A stretch of DNA of 62,894 nucleotides, filler included, from Nemertoderma westbladi (GCA_032718475.1; 3 parts of 3 records of this genome joined end to end with filler, not necessarily neighbours in it); one strand, 5' to 3'; numbered from the whole stretch's first letter, positions 1-15,819 are shown. A program made the numbers and translations. Notes: a model not told the origin generated them from the letters alone.

Positions 1-1920
1 CAATACATGCGATCAATCTAAGTCGCATATTCCTTGCTTTTCTACCCGAATGATACGTAATGCTGTATTGGCCTTAAGGAGAAACAAATCTCCTGACAGA
101 AACAGCCTCACAATTGAAAACTTCCTGTATTCTGATGTTGACGAAATTTGTTTTCATGTCACCAATATTTTGAATCTCTCGGTCGAGCTGGGGACTCTAC
201 CAAGCGCTCTGGGAGAGACATTAATTAGTTACATGTATAAAGGAAAAGGGAAAGACACACAGATGGCTAGCTCATATCGCCCAATATCCTCAATTTCTAT
301 ATTGGGAAAACTCATGGAACAAATTATCATCACGGAACACCTTTCAAAAATTATTGTGCCAGCTGAAGCACAGTGTGCATACCGCAAGGGAATTGGTTCT
401 GACATGGCGATTGCTTCTATTCTGGAGATTATACAATATTATGTTGCTGGGGGATCGAATGTGTATGTTACACAGATGGACGTTGCAGCGGCCTTCGACT
501 CTGTTGATATACCACTGCTAATCACTAAGTTGCTGGAGGAAACGGAAATAAATCCTTATATAGCAAGGTTGCTGCTCATATATTACTCTAGTACGTGTGC
601 CTATGTTCGTATCGGTAATCTCATATCTTCAGAGGGAATAAAGCTGTATGTGGGACTGAAACAGGGGTCGCTATTATCCCCAACATTGTTTAATTTCTAT
701 CTGAAGGAAGTTTTTAACAGAGTGCAAGAAAATAACAGTGGCTGCACGATTCATGGACTTCCCTTAGGTGCCTTCTCCTATGCGGATGACTTTATCATGA
801 TCAGTACCTCTACTTCTGCAATGGAAAAGATGGCCAGTGAAATAGTTTTTTTCACTTGGACGACTAAATCTAAAGATTGACAATTCTAAGACAAATTGGA
901 CTGCCTTTTCCTCTGGCAAGTCGTCATTAATAACTGACAAGCTCTCCATCAATGGACATCTAACAAATGCCTCAGAACATATCTCTTTTCTAGGTTTCAA
1001 AATAGGGCAAAATCGTAGTCACAAGGCTGAAATCATCAAGTCGATAGCAACTCACTCAGAAATCTTCCACAATCAAAGATGGACCTCTCAACGATACGAT
1101 GTTGGGTGCATTGCTAAGCTCTGGAAATCTCTTGCAATACCATCAATACTATACAGGAATTGTTATAATTTTGGGGCACTGAATAAATCGGATATCAATG
1201 CTGTAGATGCATACCATAGGAAGATCCTACGTAGTCTTCTTCATGTTGGAAATTATGCCTCAGATGGCATTATCTCTAATTTGTATGAGGCTCCCGATTT
1301 GTCGGTAATGGCTTTAAGTCATTGCACCGGAACACTGTTCAGGGGTCTACAAAGCCCTAGCTCCTTGATCCAGAGCTCTCTCCGGCTCACTTTGCAATAT
1401 AATAACTCTTTGGGAGGGCCTGCGCACAGCTCTGGATCTTCTCCGTCTCGTTACTGCGGTCTGGGCAGCACATATCGTTTAGGTGCCGCATGTCATGGAC
1501 TTCCTACACTCACTTCTATTATCAATTATAAATACAATAAAGGGAATATTTTTTCACGATTGAAGATGTGTCCCAGTAGATTATCAGATAAGCTACACGC
1601 AGCCTTCATCAAGAGTTGTTATCAGCTACCGAACACAGCATTTGATATAAAGCACCAGCGCATACTTGACTACTTTGGAATTTAAAATAAATAAGGAAAT
1701 CTAGCGAAGTGGCTACATTTGTATTATTACTTTAATAGAAACGTTTGGACACCTAATATTTCATGTGATTATTTACTGTGCTTTTTCATCTATAGGCCTA
1801 CCGGTGAACTAACGATTGTCCTACATTATACCGGCTCGTCCGGGTTTTTATTGTCTGATTGGTATTTATTTTAATTCAAATGTTTTTAAATATTAAATCA
1901 GCATCATCATCATCATCATC
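1..1920 (+). mobile_element. Non-LTR retrotransposon (LINE; CR1/L2/RTE-X-like group), 3' part: RT domain, C-terminus, 3' UTR and (CAT)n tail
   Basis: ORF 50..880 has non-LTR RT motifs YRPISSIS, QCAYRKG, DVAAAFDSV, GLKQGSLLSP and YADD. The frame is open from position 2. After a +1 shift in the T7 run at 846-852 it reads without stops (ISFLGFKI...IPSILY...) to TAA at 1685. The tail CATCATCATCATCATCATC lies at 1902-1920. Confidence 0.9.
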
Positions 1921-4900
1921 GTACTTCCACACACTAGTACTTCCACACACTACGTACTTCCACACACTACGTACTTCCACACACTACGTACTTCCACACA
2001 CTACGTACTTCCACACACTACGTACTTCCACACACTACGTACTTCCACACACTACGTACTTCCACACACTACGTACTTCCACACACTACGTACTTCCACA
2101 CATTACGTACTTCCACACACTACGTACTTCCACACACTACGTACTTCCACACACTACGTACTTCCACACACTACGTACTTCCACACACTACGTACTTCCA
2201 CACACTACGTACTTCCACACACTACGTACTTCCACACACTACGTACTTCCACACCACACACTACGTACTTCCACACACTACGTACTTCCACACACTACGT
2301 ACTTCCACACACTACGTACTTCCACACACTACGTACTTCCACACACTACGTACTTCCACACACTACGTACTTCCACACACTACGTACTTCCACACACTAC
2401 GTACTTCCACACACTACGTACTTCCACACACTACGTACTTCCACACACTACGTACTTCCACACACTACGTACTTCCACACACTACGTACTTCCACACACT
2501 ACGTACTTCCACACACTACGTACTTCCACACACTACGTACTTCCACACACTACGTACTTCCACACACTACGTACTTCCACACACTACGTACTTCCACACA
2601 CTACGTACTTCCACACACTACGTACTTCCACACACTACGTACTTCCACACACTACGTACTTCCACACACTACGTACTTCCACACACTACGTACTTCCACA
2701 CACTACGTACTTCCACACACTACGTACTTCCACACACTACGTACTTCCACACACTACGTACTTCCACACATTACGTACTTCCACACACTACGTACTTCCA
2801 CACACTACGTACTTCCACACACTACGTACTTCCACACACTACGTACTTCCACACACTACGTACTTCCACACACTACGTACTTCCACACACTACGTACTTC
2901 CACACACTACGTACTTCCACACACTACGTACTTCCACACACTACGTACTTCCACACACTACGTACTTCCACACACTACGTACTTCCACACACTACGTACT
3001 TCCACACACTACGTACTTCCACACACTACGTACTTCCACACACTACGTACTTCCACACACTACGTACTTCCACACACTACGTACTTCCACACACTACGTA
3101 CTTCCACACACTACGTACTTCCACACACTACGTACTTCCACACACTACGTACTTCCACACACTACGTACTTCCACACACTACGTACTTCCACACACTACG
3201 TACTTCCACACACTACGTACTTCCACACACTACGTACTTCCACACACTACGTACTTCCACACACTACGTACTTCCACACACTACGTACTTCCACACACTA
3301 CGTACTTCCACACACTACGTACTTCCACACACTACGTACTTCCACACACTACGTACTTCCACACATTACGTACTTCCACACACTACGTACTTCCACACAC
3401 TACGTACTTCCACACACTACGTACTTCCACACACTACGTACTTCCACACACTACGTACTTCCACACACTACGTACTTCCACACACTACGTACTTCCACAC
3501 ACTACGTACTTCCACACACTACGTACTTCCACACACTACGTACTTCCACACACTACGTACTTCCACACACTACGTACTTCCACACACTACGTACTTCCAC
3601 ACACTACGTACTTCCACACACTACGTACTTCCACACACTACGTACTTCCACACACTACGTACTTCCACACACTACGTACTTCCACACACTACGTACTTCC
3701 ACACACTACGTACTTCCACACACTACGTACTTCCACACACTACGTACTTCCACACACTACGTACTTCCACACACTACGTACTTCCACACACTACGTACTT
3801 CCACACACTACGTACTTCCACACACTACGTACTTCCACACACTACGTACTTCCACACACTACGTACTTCCACACACTACGTACTTCCACACACTACGTAC
3901 TTCCACACACTACGTACTTCCACACACTACGTACTTCCACACACTACGTACTTCCACACACTACGTACTTCCACACACTACGTACTTCCACACACTACGT
4001 ACTTCCACACACTACGTACTTCCACACACTACGTACTTCCACACACTACGTACTTCCACACACTACGTACTTCCACACACTACGTACTTCCACACACTAC
4101 GTACTTCCACACACTACGTACTTCCACACACTACGTACTTCCACACACTACGTACTTCCACACACTACGTACTTCCACACACTACGTACTTCCACACACT
4201 ACGTACTTCCACACACTACGTACTTCCACACACTACGTACTTCCACACACTACGTACTTCCACACACTACGTACTTCCACACACTACGTACTTCCACACA
4301 CTACGTACTTCCACACACTACGTACTTCCACACACTACGTACTTCCACACACTACGTACTTCCACACACTACGTACTTCCACACACTACGTACTTCCACA
4401 CACTACGTACTTCCACACACTACGTACTTCCACACACTACGTACTTCCACACACTACGTACTTCCACACACTACGTACTTCCACACACTACGTACTTCCA
4501 CACACTACGTACTTCCACACACTACGTACTTCCACACACTACGTACTTCCACACACTACGTACTTCCACACACTACGTACTTCCACACACTACGTACTTC
4601 CACACACTACGTACTTCCACACACTACGTACTTCCACACACTACGTACTTCCACACACTACGTACTTCCACACACTACGTACTTCCACACACTACGTACT
4701 TCCACACACTACGTACTTCCACACACTACGTACTTCCACACACTACGTACTTCCACACACTACGTACTTCCACACACTACGTACTTCCACACACTACGTA
4801 CTTCCACACACTACGTACTTCCACACACTACGTACTTCCACACACTACGTACTTCCACACACTACGTACTTCCACACACTACGTACTTCCACACACTACG

Positions 4901-7900
4901 TACTTCCACACACTACGTACTTCCACACACTACGTACTTCCACACACTACGTACTTCCACACACTACGTACTTCCACACACTACGTACTTCCACACACTA
5001 CGTACTTCCACACACTACGTACTTCCACACACTACGTACTTCCACACACTACGTACTTCCACACACTACGTACTTCCACACACTACGTACTTCCACACAC
5101 TACGTACTTCCACACACTACGTACTTCCACACACTACGTACTTCCACACACTACGTACTTCCACACACTACGTACTTCCACACACTACGTACTTCCACAC
5201 ACTACGTACTTCCACACACTACGTACTTCCACACACTACGTACTTCCACACACTACGTACTTCCACACACTACGTACTTCCACACACTACGTACTTCCAC
5301 ACACTACGTACTTCCACACACTACGTACTTCCACACACTACGTACTTCCACACACTACGTACTTCCACACACTACGTACTTCCACACACTACGTACTTCC
5401 ACACACTACGTACTTCCACACACTACGTACTTCCACACACTACGTACTTCCACACACTACGTACTTCCACACACTACGTACTTCCACACACTACGTACTT
5501 CCACACACTACGTACTTCCACACACTACGTACTTCCACACACTACGTACTTCCACACACTACGTACTTCCACACACTACGTACTTCCACACACTACGTAC
5601 TTCCACACACTACGTACTTCCACACACTACGTACTTCCACACACTACGTACTTCCACACACTACGTACTTCCACACACTACGTACTTCCACACACTACGT
5701 ACTTCCACACACTACGTACTTCCACACACTACGTACTTCCACACACTACGTACTTCCACACACTACGTACTTCCACACACTACGTACTTCCACACACTAC
5801 GTACTTCCACACACTACGTACTTCCACACACTACGTACTTCCACACACTACGTACTTCCACACACTACGTACTTCCACACACTACGTACTTCCACACACT
5901 ACGTACTTCCACACACTACGTACTTCCACACACTACGTACTTCCACACACTACGTACTTCCACACACTACGTACTTCCACACACTACGTACTTCCACACA
6001 CTACGTACTTCCACACACTACGTACTTCCACACACTACGTACTTCCACACACTACGTACTTCCACACACTACGTACTTCCACACACTACGTACTTCCACA
6101 CACTACGTACTTCCACACACTACGTACTTCCACACACTACGTACTTCCACACACTACGTACTTCCACACACTACGTACTTCCACACACTACGTACTTCCA
6201 CACACTACGTACTTCCACACACTACGTACTTCCACACACTACGTACTTCCACACACTACGTACTTCCACACACTACGTACTTCCACACACTACGTACTTC
6301 CACACACTACGTACTTCCACACACTACGTACTTCCACACACTACGTACTTCCACACACTACGTACTTCCACACACTACGTACTTCCACACACTACGTACT
6401 TCCACACACTACGTACTTCCACACACTACGTACTTCCACACACTACGTACTTCCACACACTACGTACTTCCACACACTACGTACTTCCACACACTACGTA
6501 CTTCCACACACTACGTACTTCCACACACTACGTACTTCCACACACTACGTACTTCCACACACTACGTACTTCCACACACTACGTACTTCCACACACTACG
6601 TACTTCCACACACTACGTACTTCCACACACTACGTACTTCCACACACTACGTACTTCCACACACTACGTACTTCCACACACTACGTACTTCCACACACTA
6701 CGTACTTCCACACACTACGTACTTCCACACACTACGTACTTCCACACACTACGTACTTCCACACACTACGTACTTCCACACACTACGTACTTCCACACAC
6801 TACGTACTTCCACACACTACGTACTTCCACACACTACGTACTTCCACACACTACGTACTTCCACACACTACGTACTTCCACACACTACGTACTTCCACAC
6901 ACTACGTACTTCCACACACTACGTACTTCCACACACTACGTACTTCCACACACTACGTACTTCCACACACTACGTACTTCCACACACTACGTACTTCCAC
7001 ACACTACGTACTTCCACACACTACGTACTTCCACACACTACGTACTTCCACACACTACGTACTTCCACACACTACGTACTTCCACACACTACGTACTTCC
7101 ACACACTACGTACTTCCACACACTACGTACTTCCACACACTACGTACTTCCACACACTACGTACTTCCACACACTACGTACTTCCACACACTACGTACTT
7201 CCACACACTACGTACTTCCACACACTACGTACTTCCACACACTACGTACTTCCACACACTACGTACTTCCACACACTACGTACTTCCACACACTACGTAC
7301 TTCCACACACTACGTACTTCCACACACTACGTACTTCCACACACTACGTACTTCCACACACTACGTACTTCCACACACTACGTACTTCCACACACTACGT
7401 ACTTCCACACACTACGTACTTCCACACACTACGTACTTCCACACACTACGTACTTCCACACACTACGTACTTCCACACACTACGTACTTCCACACACTAC
7501 GTACTTCCACACACTACGTACTTCCACACACTACGTACTTCCACACACTACGTACTTCCACACACTACGTACTTCCACACACTACGTACTTCCACACACT
7601 ACGTACTTCCACACACTACGTACTTCCACACACTACGTACTTCCACACACTACGTACTTCCACACACTACGTACTTCCACACACTACGTACTTCCACACA
7701 CTACGTACTTCCACACACTACGTACTTCCACACACTACGTACTTCCACACACTACGTACTTCCACACACTACGTACTTCCACACACTACGTACTTCCACA
7801 CACTACGTACTTCCACACACTACGTACTTCCACACACTACGTACTTCCACACACTACGTACTTCCACACACTACGTACTTCCACACACTACGTACTTCCA

Positions 7901-10900
7901 CACACTACGTACTTCCACACACTACGTACTTCCACACACTACGTACTTCCACACACTACGTACTTCCACACACTACGTACTTCCACACACTACGTACTTC
8001 CACACACTACGTACTTCCACACACTACGTACTTCCACACACTACGTACTTCCACACACTACGTACTTCCACACACTACGTACTTCCACACACTACGTACT
8101 TCCACACACTACGTACTTCCACACACTACGTACTTCCACACACTACGTACTTCCACACACTACGTACTTCCACACACTACGTACTTCCACACACTACGTA
8201 CTTCCACACACTACGTACTTCCACACACTACGTACTTCCACACACTACGTACTTCCACACACTACGTACTTCCACACACTACGTACTTCCACACACTACG
8301 TACTTCCACACACTACGTACTTCCACACACTACGTACTTCCACACACTACGTACTTCCACACACTACGTACTTCCACACACTACGTACTTCCACACACTA
8401 CGTACTTCCACACACTACGTACTTCCACACACTACGTACTTCCACACACTACGTACTTCCACACACTACGTACTTCCACACACTACGTACTTCCACACAC
8501 TACGTACTTCCACACACTACGTACTTCCACACACTACGTACTTCCACACACTACGTACTTCCACACACTACGTACTTCCACACACTACGTACTTCCACAC
8601 ACTACGTACTTCCACACACTACGTACTTCCACACACTACGTACTTCCACACACTACGTACTTCCACACACTACGTACTTCCACACACTACGTACTTCCAC
8701 ACACTACGTACTTCCACACACTACGTACTTCCACACACTACGTACTTCCACACACTACGTACTTCCACACACTACGTACTTCCACACACTACGTACTTCC
8801 ACACACTACGTACTTCCACACACTACGTACTTCCACACACTACGTACTTCCACACACTACGTACTTCCACACACTACGTACTTCCACACACTACGTACTT
8901 CCACACACTACGTACTTCCACACACTACGTACTTCCACACACTACGTACTTCCACACACTACGTACTTCCACACACTACGTACTTCCACACACTACGTAC
9001 TTCCACACACTACGTACTTCCACACACTACGTACTTCCACACACTACGTACTTCCACACACTACGTACTTCCACACACTACGTACTTCCACACACTACGT
9101 ACTTCCACACACTACGTACTTCCACACACTACGTACTTCCACACACTACGTACTTCCACACACTACGTACTTCCACACACTACGTACTTCCACACACTAC
9201 GTACTTCCACACACTACGTACTTCCACACACTACGTACTTCCACACACTACGTACTTCCACACACTACGTACTTCCACACACTACGTACTTCCACACACT
9301 ACGTACTTCCACACACTACGTACTTCCACACACTACGTACTTCCACACACTACGTACTTCCACACACTACGTACTTCCACACACTACGTACTTCCACACA
9401 CTACGTACTTCCACACACTACGTACTTCCACACACTACGTACTTCCACACACTACGTACTTCCACACACTACGTACTTCCACACACTACGTACTTCCACA
9501 CACTACGTACTTCCACACACTACGTACTTCCACACACTACGTACTTCCACACACTACGTACTTCCACACACTACGTACTTCCACACACTACGTACTTCCA
9601 CACACTACGTACTTCCACACACTACGTACTTCCACACACTACGTACTTCCACACACTACGTACTTCCACACACTACGTACTTCCACACACTACGTACTTC
9701 CACACACTACGTACTTCCACACACTACGTACTTCCACACACTACGTACTTCCACACACTACGTACTTCCACACACTACGTACTTCCACACACTACGTACT
9801 TCCACACACTACGTACTTCCACACACTACGTACTTCCACACACTACGTACTTCCACACACTACGTACTTCCACACACTACGTACTTCCACACACTACGTA
9901 CTTCCACACACTACGTACTTCCACACACTACGTACTTCCACACACTACGTACTTCCACACACTACGTACTTCCACACACTACGTACTTCCACACACTACG
10001 TACTTCCACACACTACGTACTTCCACACACTACGTACTTCCACACACTACGTACTTCCACACACTACGTACTTCCACACACTACGTACTTCCACACACTA
10101 CGTACTTCCACACACTACGTACTTCCACACACTACGTACTTCCACACACTACGTACTTCCACACACTACGTACTTCCACACACTACGTACTTCCACACAC
10201 TACGTACTTCCACACACTACGTACTTCCACACACTACGTACTTCCACACACTACGTACTTCCACACACTACGTACTTCCACACACTACGTACTTCCACAC
10301 ACTACGTACTTCCACACACTACGTACTTCCACACACTACGTACTTCCACACACTACGTACTTCCACACACTACGTACTTCCACACACTACGTACTTCCAC
10401 ACACTACGTACTTCCACACACTACGTACTTCCACACACTACGTACTTCCACACACTACGTACTTCCACACACTACGTACTTCCACACACTACGTACTTCC
10501 ACACACTACGTACTTCCACACACTACGTACTTCCACACACTACGTACTTCCACACACTACGTACTTCCACACACTACGTACTTCCACACACTACGTACTT
10601 CCACACACTACGTACTTCCACACACTACGTACTTCCACACACTACGTACTTCCACACACTACGTACTTCCACACACTACGTACTTCCACACACTACGTAC
10701 TTCCACACACTACGTACTTCCACACACTACGTACTTCCACACACTACGTACTTCCACACACTACGTACTTCCACACACTACGTACTTCCACACACTACGT
10801 ACTTCCACACACTACGTACTTCCACACACTACGTACTTCCACACACTACGTACTTCCACACACTACGTACTTCCACACACTACGTACTTCCACACACTAC

Positions 10901-12674
10901 GTACTTCCACACACTACGTACTTCCACACACTACGTACTTCCACACACTACGTACTTCCACACACTACGTACTTCCACACACTACGTACTTCCACACACT
11001 ACGTACTTCCACACACTACGTACTTCCACACACTACGTACTTCCACACACTACGTACTTCCACACACTACGTACTTCCACACACTACGTACTTCCACACA
11101 CTACGTACTTCCACACACTACGTACTTCCACACACTACGTACTTCCACACACTACGTACTTCCACACACTACGTACTTCCACACACTACGTACTTCCACA
11201 CACTACGTACTTCCACACACTACGTACTTCCACACACTACGTACTTCCACACACTACGTACTTCCACACACTACGTACTTCCACACACTACGTACTTCCA
11301 CACACTACGTACTTCCACACACTACGTACTTCCACACACTACGTACTTCCACACACTACGTACTTCCACACACTACGTACTTCCACACACTACGTACTTC
11401 CACACACTACGTACTTCCACACACTACGTACTTCCACACACTACGTACTTCCACACACTACGTACTTCCACACACTACGTACTTCCACACACTACGTACT
11501 TCCACACACTACGTACTTCCACACACTACGTACTTCCACACACTACGTACTTCCACACACTACGTACTTCCACACACTACGTACTTCCACACACTACGTA
11601 CTTCCACACACTACGTACTTCCACACACTACGTACTTCCACACACTACGTACTTCCACACACTACGTACTTCCACACACTACGTACTTCCACACACTACG
11701 TACTTCCACACACTACGTACTTCCACACACTACGTACTTCCACACACTACGTACTTCCACACACTACGTACTTCCACACACTACGTACTTCCACACACTA
11801 CGTACTTCCACACACTACGTACTTCCACACACTACGTACTTCCACACACTACGTACTTCCACACACTACGTACTTCCACACACTACGTACTTCCACACAC
11901 TACGTACTTCCACACACTACGTACTTCCACACACTACGTACTTCCACACACTACGTACTTCCACACACTACGTACTTCCACACACTACGTACTTCCACAC
12001 ACTACGTACTTCCACACACTACCTACTTCCACACACTACGTACTTCCACACACTACGTACTTCCACACACTACGTACTTCCACACACTACGTACTTCCAC
12101 ACACTACGTACTTCCACACACTACGTACTTCCACACACTACGTACTTCCACACACTACGTACTTCCACACACTACGTACTTCCACACACTACTACTTCCA
12201 AACACTACGTACTTCCACACACTACGTACTTCCACACACTGACGTACTTCCACACACTACATACTTCCACACACTACGTACTTCCACACACTACGTACTT
12301 CCACACACTACGTACTTCCACACACTACATACTTCCACACACTACGTACTTCCACACACTACATACTTCCACACACTACGTACTTCCACACACTACGTAC
12401 TTCCACACACTACGTACTTCCACACACTACGTACTTCCACACACTACGTACTTCCACACACTACGTACTTCCACACACTACTACTTCCACACACTCGTAC
12501 TTCCACACACTACGTACTTCCACACACTACGTACTTCCACACACTACGTACTTCCACACACTACGTACTTCCACACACTACGTACTTCCACACACTACGT
12601 ACTTCCACACACTACATACTTCCACACACTACATACATCCACACACTACGTACTTCCACACACTACGTACTTCC
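1921..12674. repeat. 17-bp tandem satellite (GTACTTCCACACACTAC)n, ~630 copies
   Basis: 17-bp periodicity is directly visible. The core is nearly invariant, with variants clustered near both edges and mainly at 12020-12670. Confidence 0.99.
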
Positions 12675-12931
12675 CCATTCCCACGCTTCTACAAAAAAAT
12701 TTTTCATACTTTCTTTCAGGTGAATAGTTCGTTTGTCATGTGAAATATACATGCATCATTCACAACTATATGTAAGATTATTTGTTTTTAAACAAAAGGC
12801 GTAAGTGCTGTAATTAAAAGTACAAAAAGGAATGCCACAAAAAAATATATATAGGAAATGAGTTCTTCAAAAATCTGCGTGATGCAACTATTATGGATGA
12901 AATATTTTCAATCCTTGTTTTAACCAAAGAA

Positions 12932-13043
12932 CAGAATCAGCTACCGAACAGCAACCGAACAGCAACCGAACAGCAACAGAATCAGCTACCGAACAGCAAC
13001 CGAACAGCAACCGAACAGCAACAGAATCAGCAACCGAACAGCA
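12932..13043. repeat. Minisatellite, 45-bp unit built from 11-bp AACCGAACAGC subunits (~2.5 copies)
   Basis: CAGAATCAGCTACCGAACAGCAACCGAACAGCAACCGAACAGCAA is repeated. Confidence 0.85.
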
Positions 13044-13152
13044 CAGAAAATAAGGGGCAACAACGGCGGTATTAGAAATGAAAGAAAGATACTTAGGGTC
13101 TATAATGCATTGTATAATGCAGGACTGACTTGTAGTGAGGTCGTGTCTACTG

Positions 13153-14242
13153 TAGGGTGATTTACAGAAAGGTGGCTAAACCAGAGTCATTTTTTTGTAA
13201 ATAATAAAGTTTCTCAAAACCTAAAATACGATATATATTCTGAAAGCTCAGAGTCTGTAGAATTCAGTGAGAGTATTGGCCGACCTTAAATATGACCTGT
13301 AAAAAAAATACACTGCTTGTCCCTTCCTGTCCACTTCCTGTAACCATTATTTTAATACAATTCTAGGATAATTGGTAACAGGCGTGGGACATTTCCTTGT
13401 CTGTAACCTCCATGTAAATGTAATGAGAGCCCGGTTACAGGCAGTTACAAGGTGGGACCAAGGGTACACCAAGGGGGACGTTTTATGGTACGACTGACAC
13501 TGCCAAACACACATTATAAATGAGCTGCGTATGAACATTATACATCTAATGAAAGCATTTTCAAGGTCGATTTCAGAACTGTTATTGTTTTACCGAGGTA
13601 CCAATTATATGCGATTCTATAAGCTTTAACGCTGGTTACAGGAGGGGACAGTTTATGGTTTTCCCTCCCGATCTGAGGCTCTTCAAACCCACATCTTAAA
13701 AAGTTTTCGATGAATTTGTATAATTGTTTTTATGTTTTACAGCTGAGTAATTACGGATTCATAAACAAATTTCGAGGTGTGCCTGTAACCATAATTGCTG
13801 TTATTTATTTTTGCAATTCGGGGACATTTTTAGTGGTGTAGTAGAAAACAAAATGTTCCAGGATCTCCTGTATGCTAACTATACATCTACAGACTATGAT
13901 GTTTCTTAAAATTAATAGACAAATTTTCGAGCTTTCATTTGGTATTTAACATATTAACTTTTATTGACATTAGATAGAAACTAGAGCTCCTTATTTAACT
14001 GCTCCTAATAATTTTTTTGTTGTCAAAACTTCACGTTTTTCGTGGGTTTTGACGATATCAAGCAAAACTTAATGCTATTTATTTACAGTCTTAGCGTTTA
14101 GCAAACACGGTTTCCTAGATTCCTGATGAAAATATCTACCTGTAACATTTTATTTCATGAGATTTCATTCAGTAGAAATGGAATTACATCATGGTCTCAC
14201 TTTTTTGTATGTTTAGGCCACTTTTCTGTATATTGCTCCGTA
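13153..14242. mobile_element. Non-autonomous DNA transposon (Tc1/mariner-like MITE), imperfect TIRs
   Basis: Left end TAGGGTGATTTACAGAAAGGTGGCTAAAC resembles the reverse complement of the right end, TACGGAGCAATATACAGAAAAGTGGCCTAAAC. Both ends have TA and no coding capacity is evident. Confidence 0.5.
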
Positions 14243-14834
14243 AGGGTTCACGTAGAGGTTCTTGGAGTTGGAGTTTTCGTTTATTTTCTTTAACAATTAA
14301 TTTATAAAAATTACTACAATCTCAAAATATTGAGCAGTGTCCTAAAATTAGTCGAAAAATTTTGGTATACACTCATACGGGGTCTCAACTCCTCACATTT
14401 CGAGTTTTTGGACCATTTATTTAAAGACCCTGGGCTGTATATTTCCAACCCTTACACTACTATTAGGAACAGCCATTGAATTGACACCTGGGATTGGTTA
14501 ATGAGGTACACGTTAATTGGACGTTGAAATCTTGTAAGGAATGGAGAGAGGGCGTCGAACTAGGGTAAAGGATTTCCACTCGGTAAAATTGTTTCAAACG
14601 TTGTCAGGAATTGTGATTCATTTGAAATATTTTGTTTGTGAGAACGGTGAGGCTGACAAATGTATTTTCTTTATAAGTTAATTAATTAGTTAATGGTGAT
14701 TGAGCTGAAGTTTATTACAGTAGAAAGTCGTGGCCGAATACCAATGCTTTCTAGTAATATACTGTATAGCTAGTTAATAATTTTCATTTCATAATTAATG
14801 TTGGCTCCAGTTTAATTAGTGCCGAGAGTTCAGT

Positions 14835-15427
14835 TTATTTATCGGCCCATTTGGGCTGTTGACGTTTCGCAATGAACGCGTCTATCCCAGCCTGGGCGTC
14901 ATCATACCCCAGGTTGTCCACCATGGCGGCCCCAGACACATCGTACGCCCTAGCGGTATCCTCGAGAACTTGTTTGTAGAAGTTGGACTTCCCCAAGGCC
15001 AGCACGGCGGCGCTGTACGACGCCATCTTCCTGGCTAACGCATCTGTTTCCTCGTCTAATCGGTCGCTAGGGACAACCCTAGAAACCAGACCGTTGCTAA
15101 GGGCCGCGCGCGCGTCTATAGGGTCCCCCGTTAGCAGCATTAGCATAGCTAACTTGTGCGGCACTGCCCTAGCAACGGCTACTCCCGGCGTGGAGCAGAA
15201 CAATCCAACTCGCACCCCCGGCGTAGCGAACTGCGCGTCCTCGGTTGCTATGGCGACGTCGCAGCTAGCGACCAGCTGACATCCGGCCGCCGTGGCGAGG
15301 CCTCGAACTTTAGCGATTACCGGTACCGGTAGCGCCTGTAGTGACGTCATCAGTTTCGAAGCTTTATCGAATATCTCGCCGTGTTTATTCGATCCCGCTT
15401 CGCTCGTCAGTTCTTTGAGGTCGTGAC
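14835..15427 (-). CDS. ECHDC3: Enoyl-CoA hydratase domain-containing protein 3, large 3' coding exon (5' exon not found)
   Basis: Protein has GHDLKELT...PVPVIAKVRGLATAAGCQLVASCD...FATPGVRVGLFCSTPGVAVARAVP, typical of ECHDC3 crotonases. A phase-1 acceptor (ttgtaattaacag|GT CAC GAC) is at 15428/15427 and the stop TAA is at 14835. Confidence 0.9.
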
Positions 15428-15819
15428 CTGTTAATTACAAATAAATTTTGTATCAGTTGGAAAAGTTTACCATAGGATAAACAAGGACTCCCAACACTAG
15501 TTAACTGGCCAAAGTGGAAAGTATAGCATCGCTAAAATTAGTCCCAACTTTCTAAGAAACAGCTGTACTGTATCAGTAAAACATTTTGACTACAACATTC
15601 ATTGTGCTGTGTTACAACTTACTGATGAATTCCATGTGACTAGGGACAGCCCATTCAATGTTGCCCATAACTACCTTTATGTATTCTAAAGTCTTTCACC
15701 TGTCTTCCGGAACCATGATCCCAAATACTGTAGCAGAAGTCATATTTTGCTCATGCGACCAGACATTTCCCGAGGACTGAGGTCATGCCGGTATTGTTGG
15801 AAGAGACGACTATGATAAC

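Noticed and set aside
1621-1635. 15-nt match ATCAGCTACCGAACA between the LINE and the minisatellite at ~12936, on opposite sides of the big array
   Set aside because: About one such 15-mer match is expected by chance in this much sequence, and its position does not fit a TSD.
1859-12727. 3622-aa His/Thr/Tyr-rich ORF
   Set aside because: It is a by-product of a 17-bp unit with no stop in any + frame. The unit is not a multiple of 3, the start is TTG inside a LINE 3' UTR, and there is no synonymous variation.
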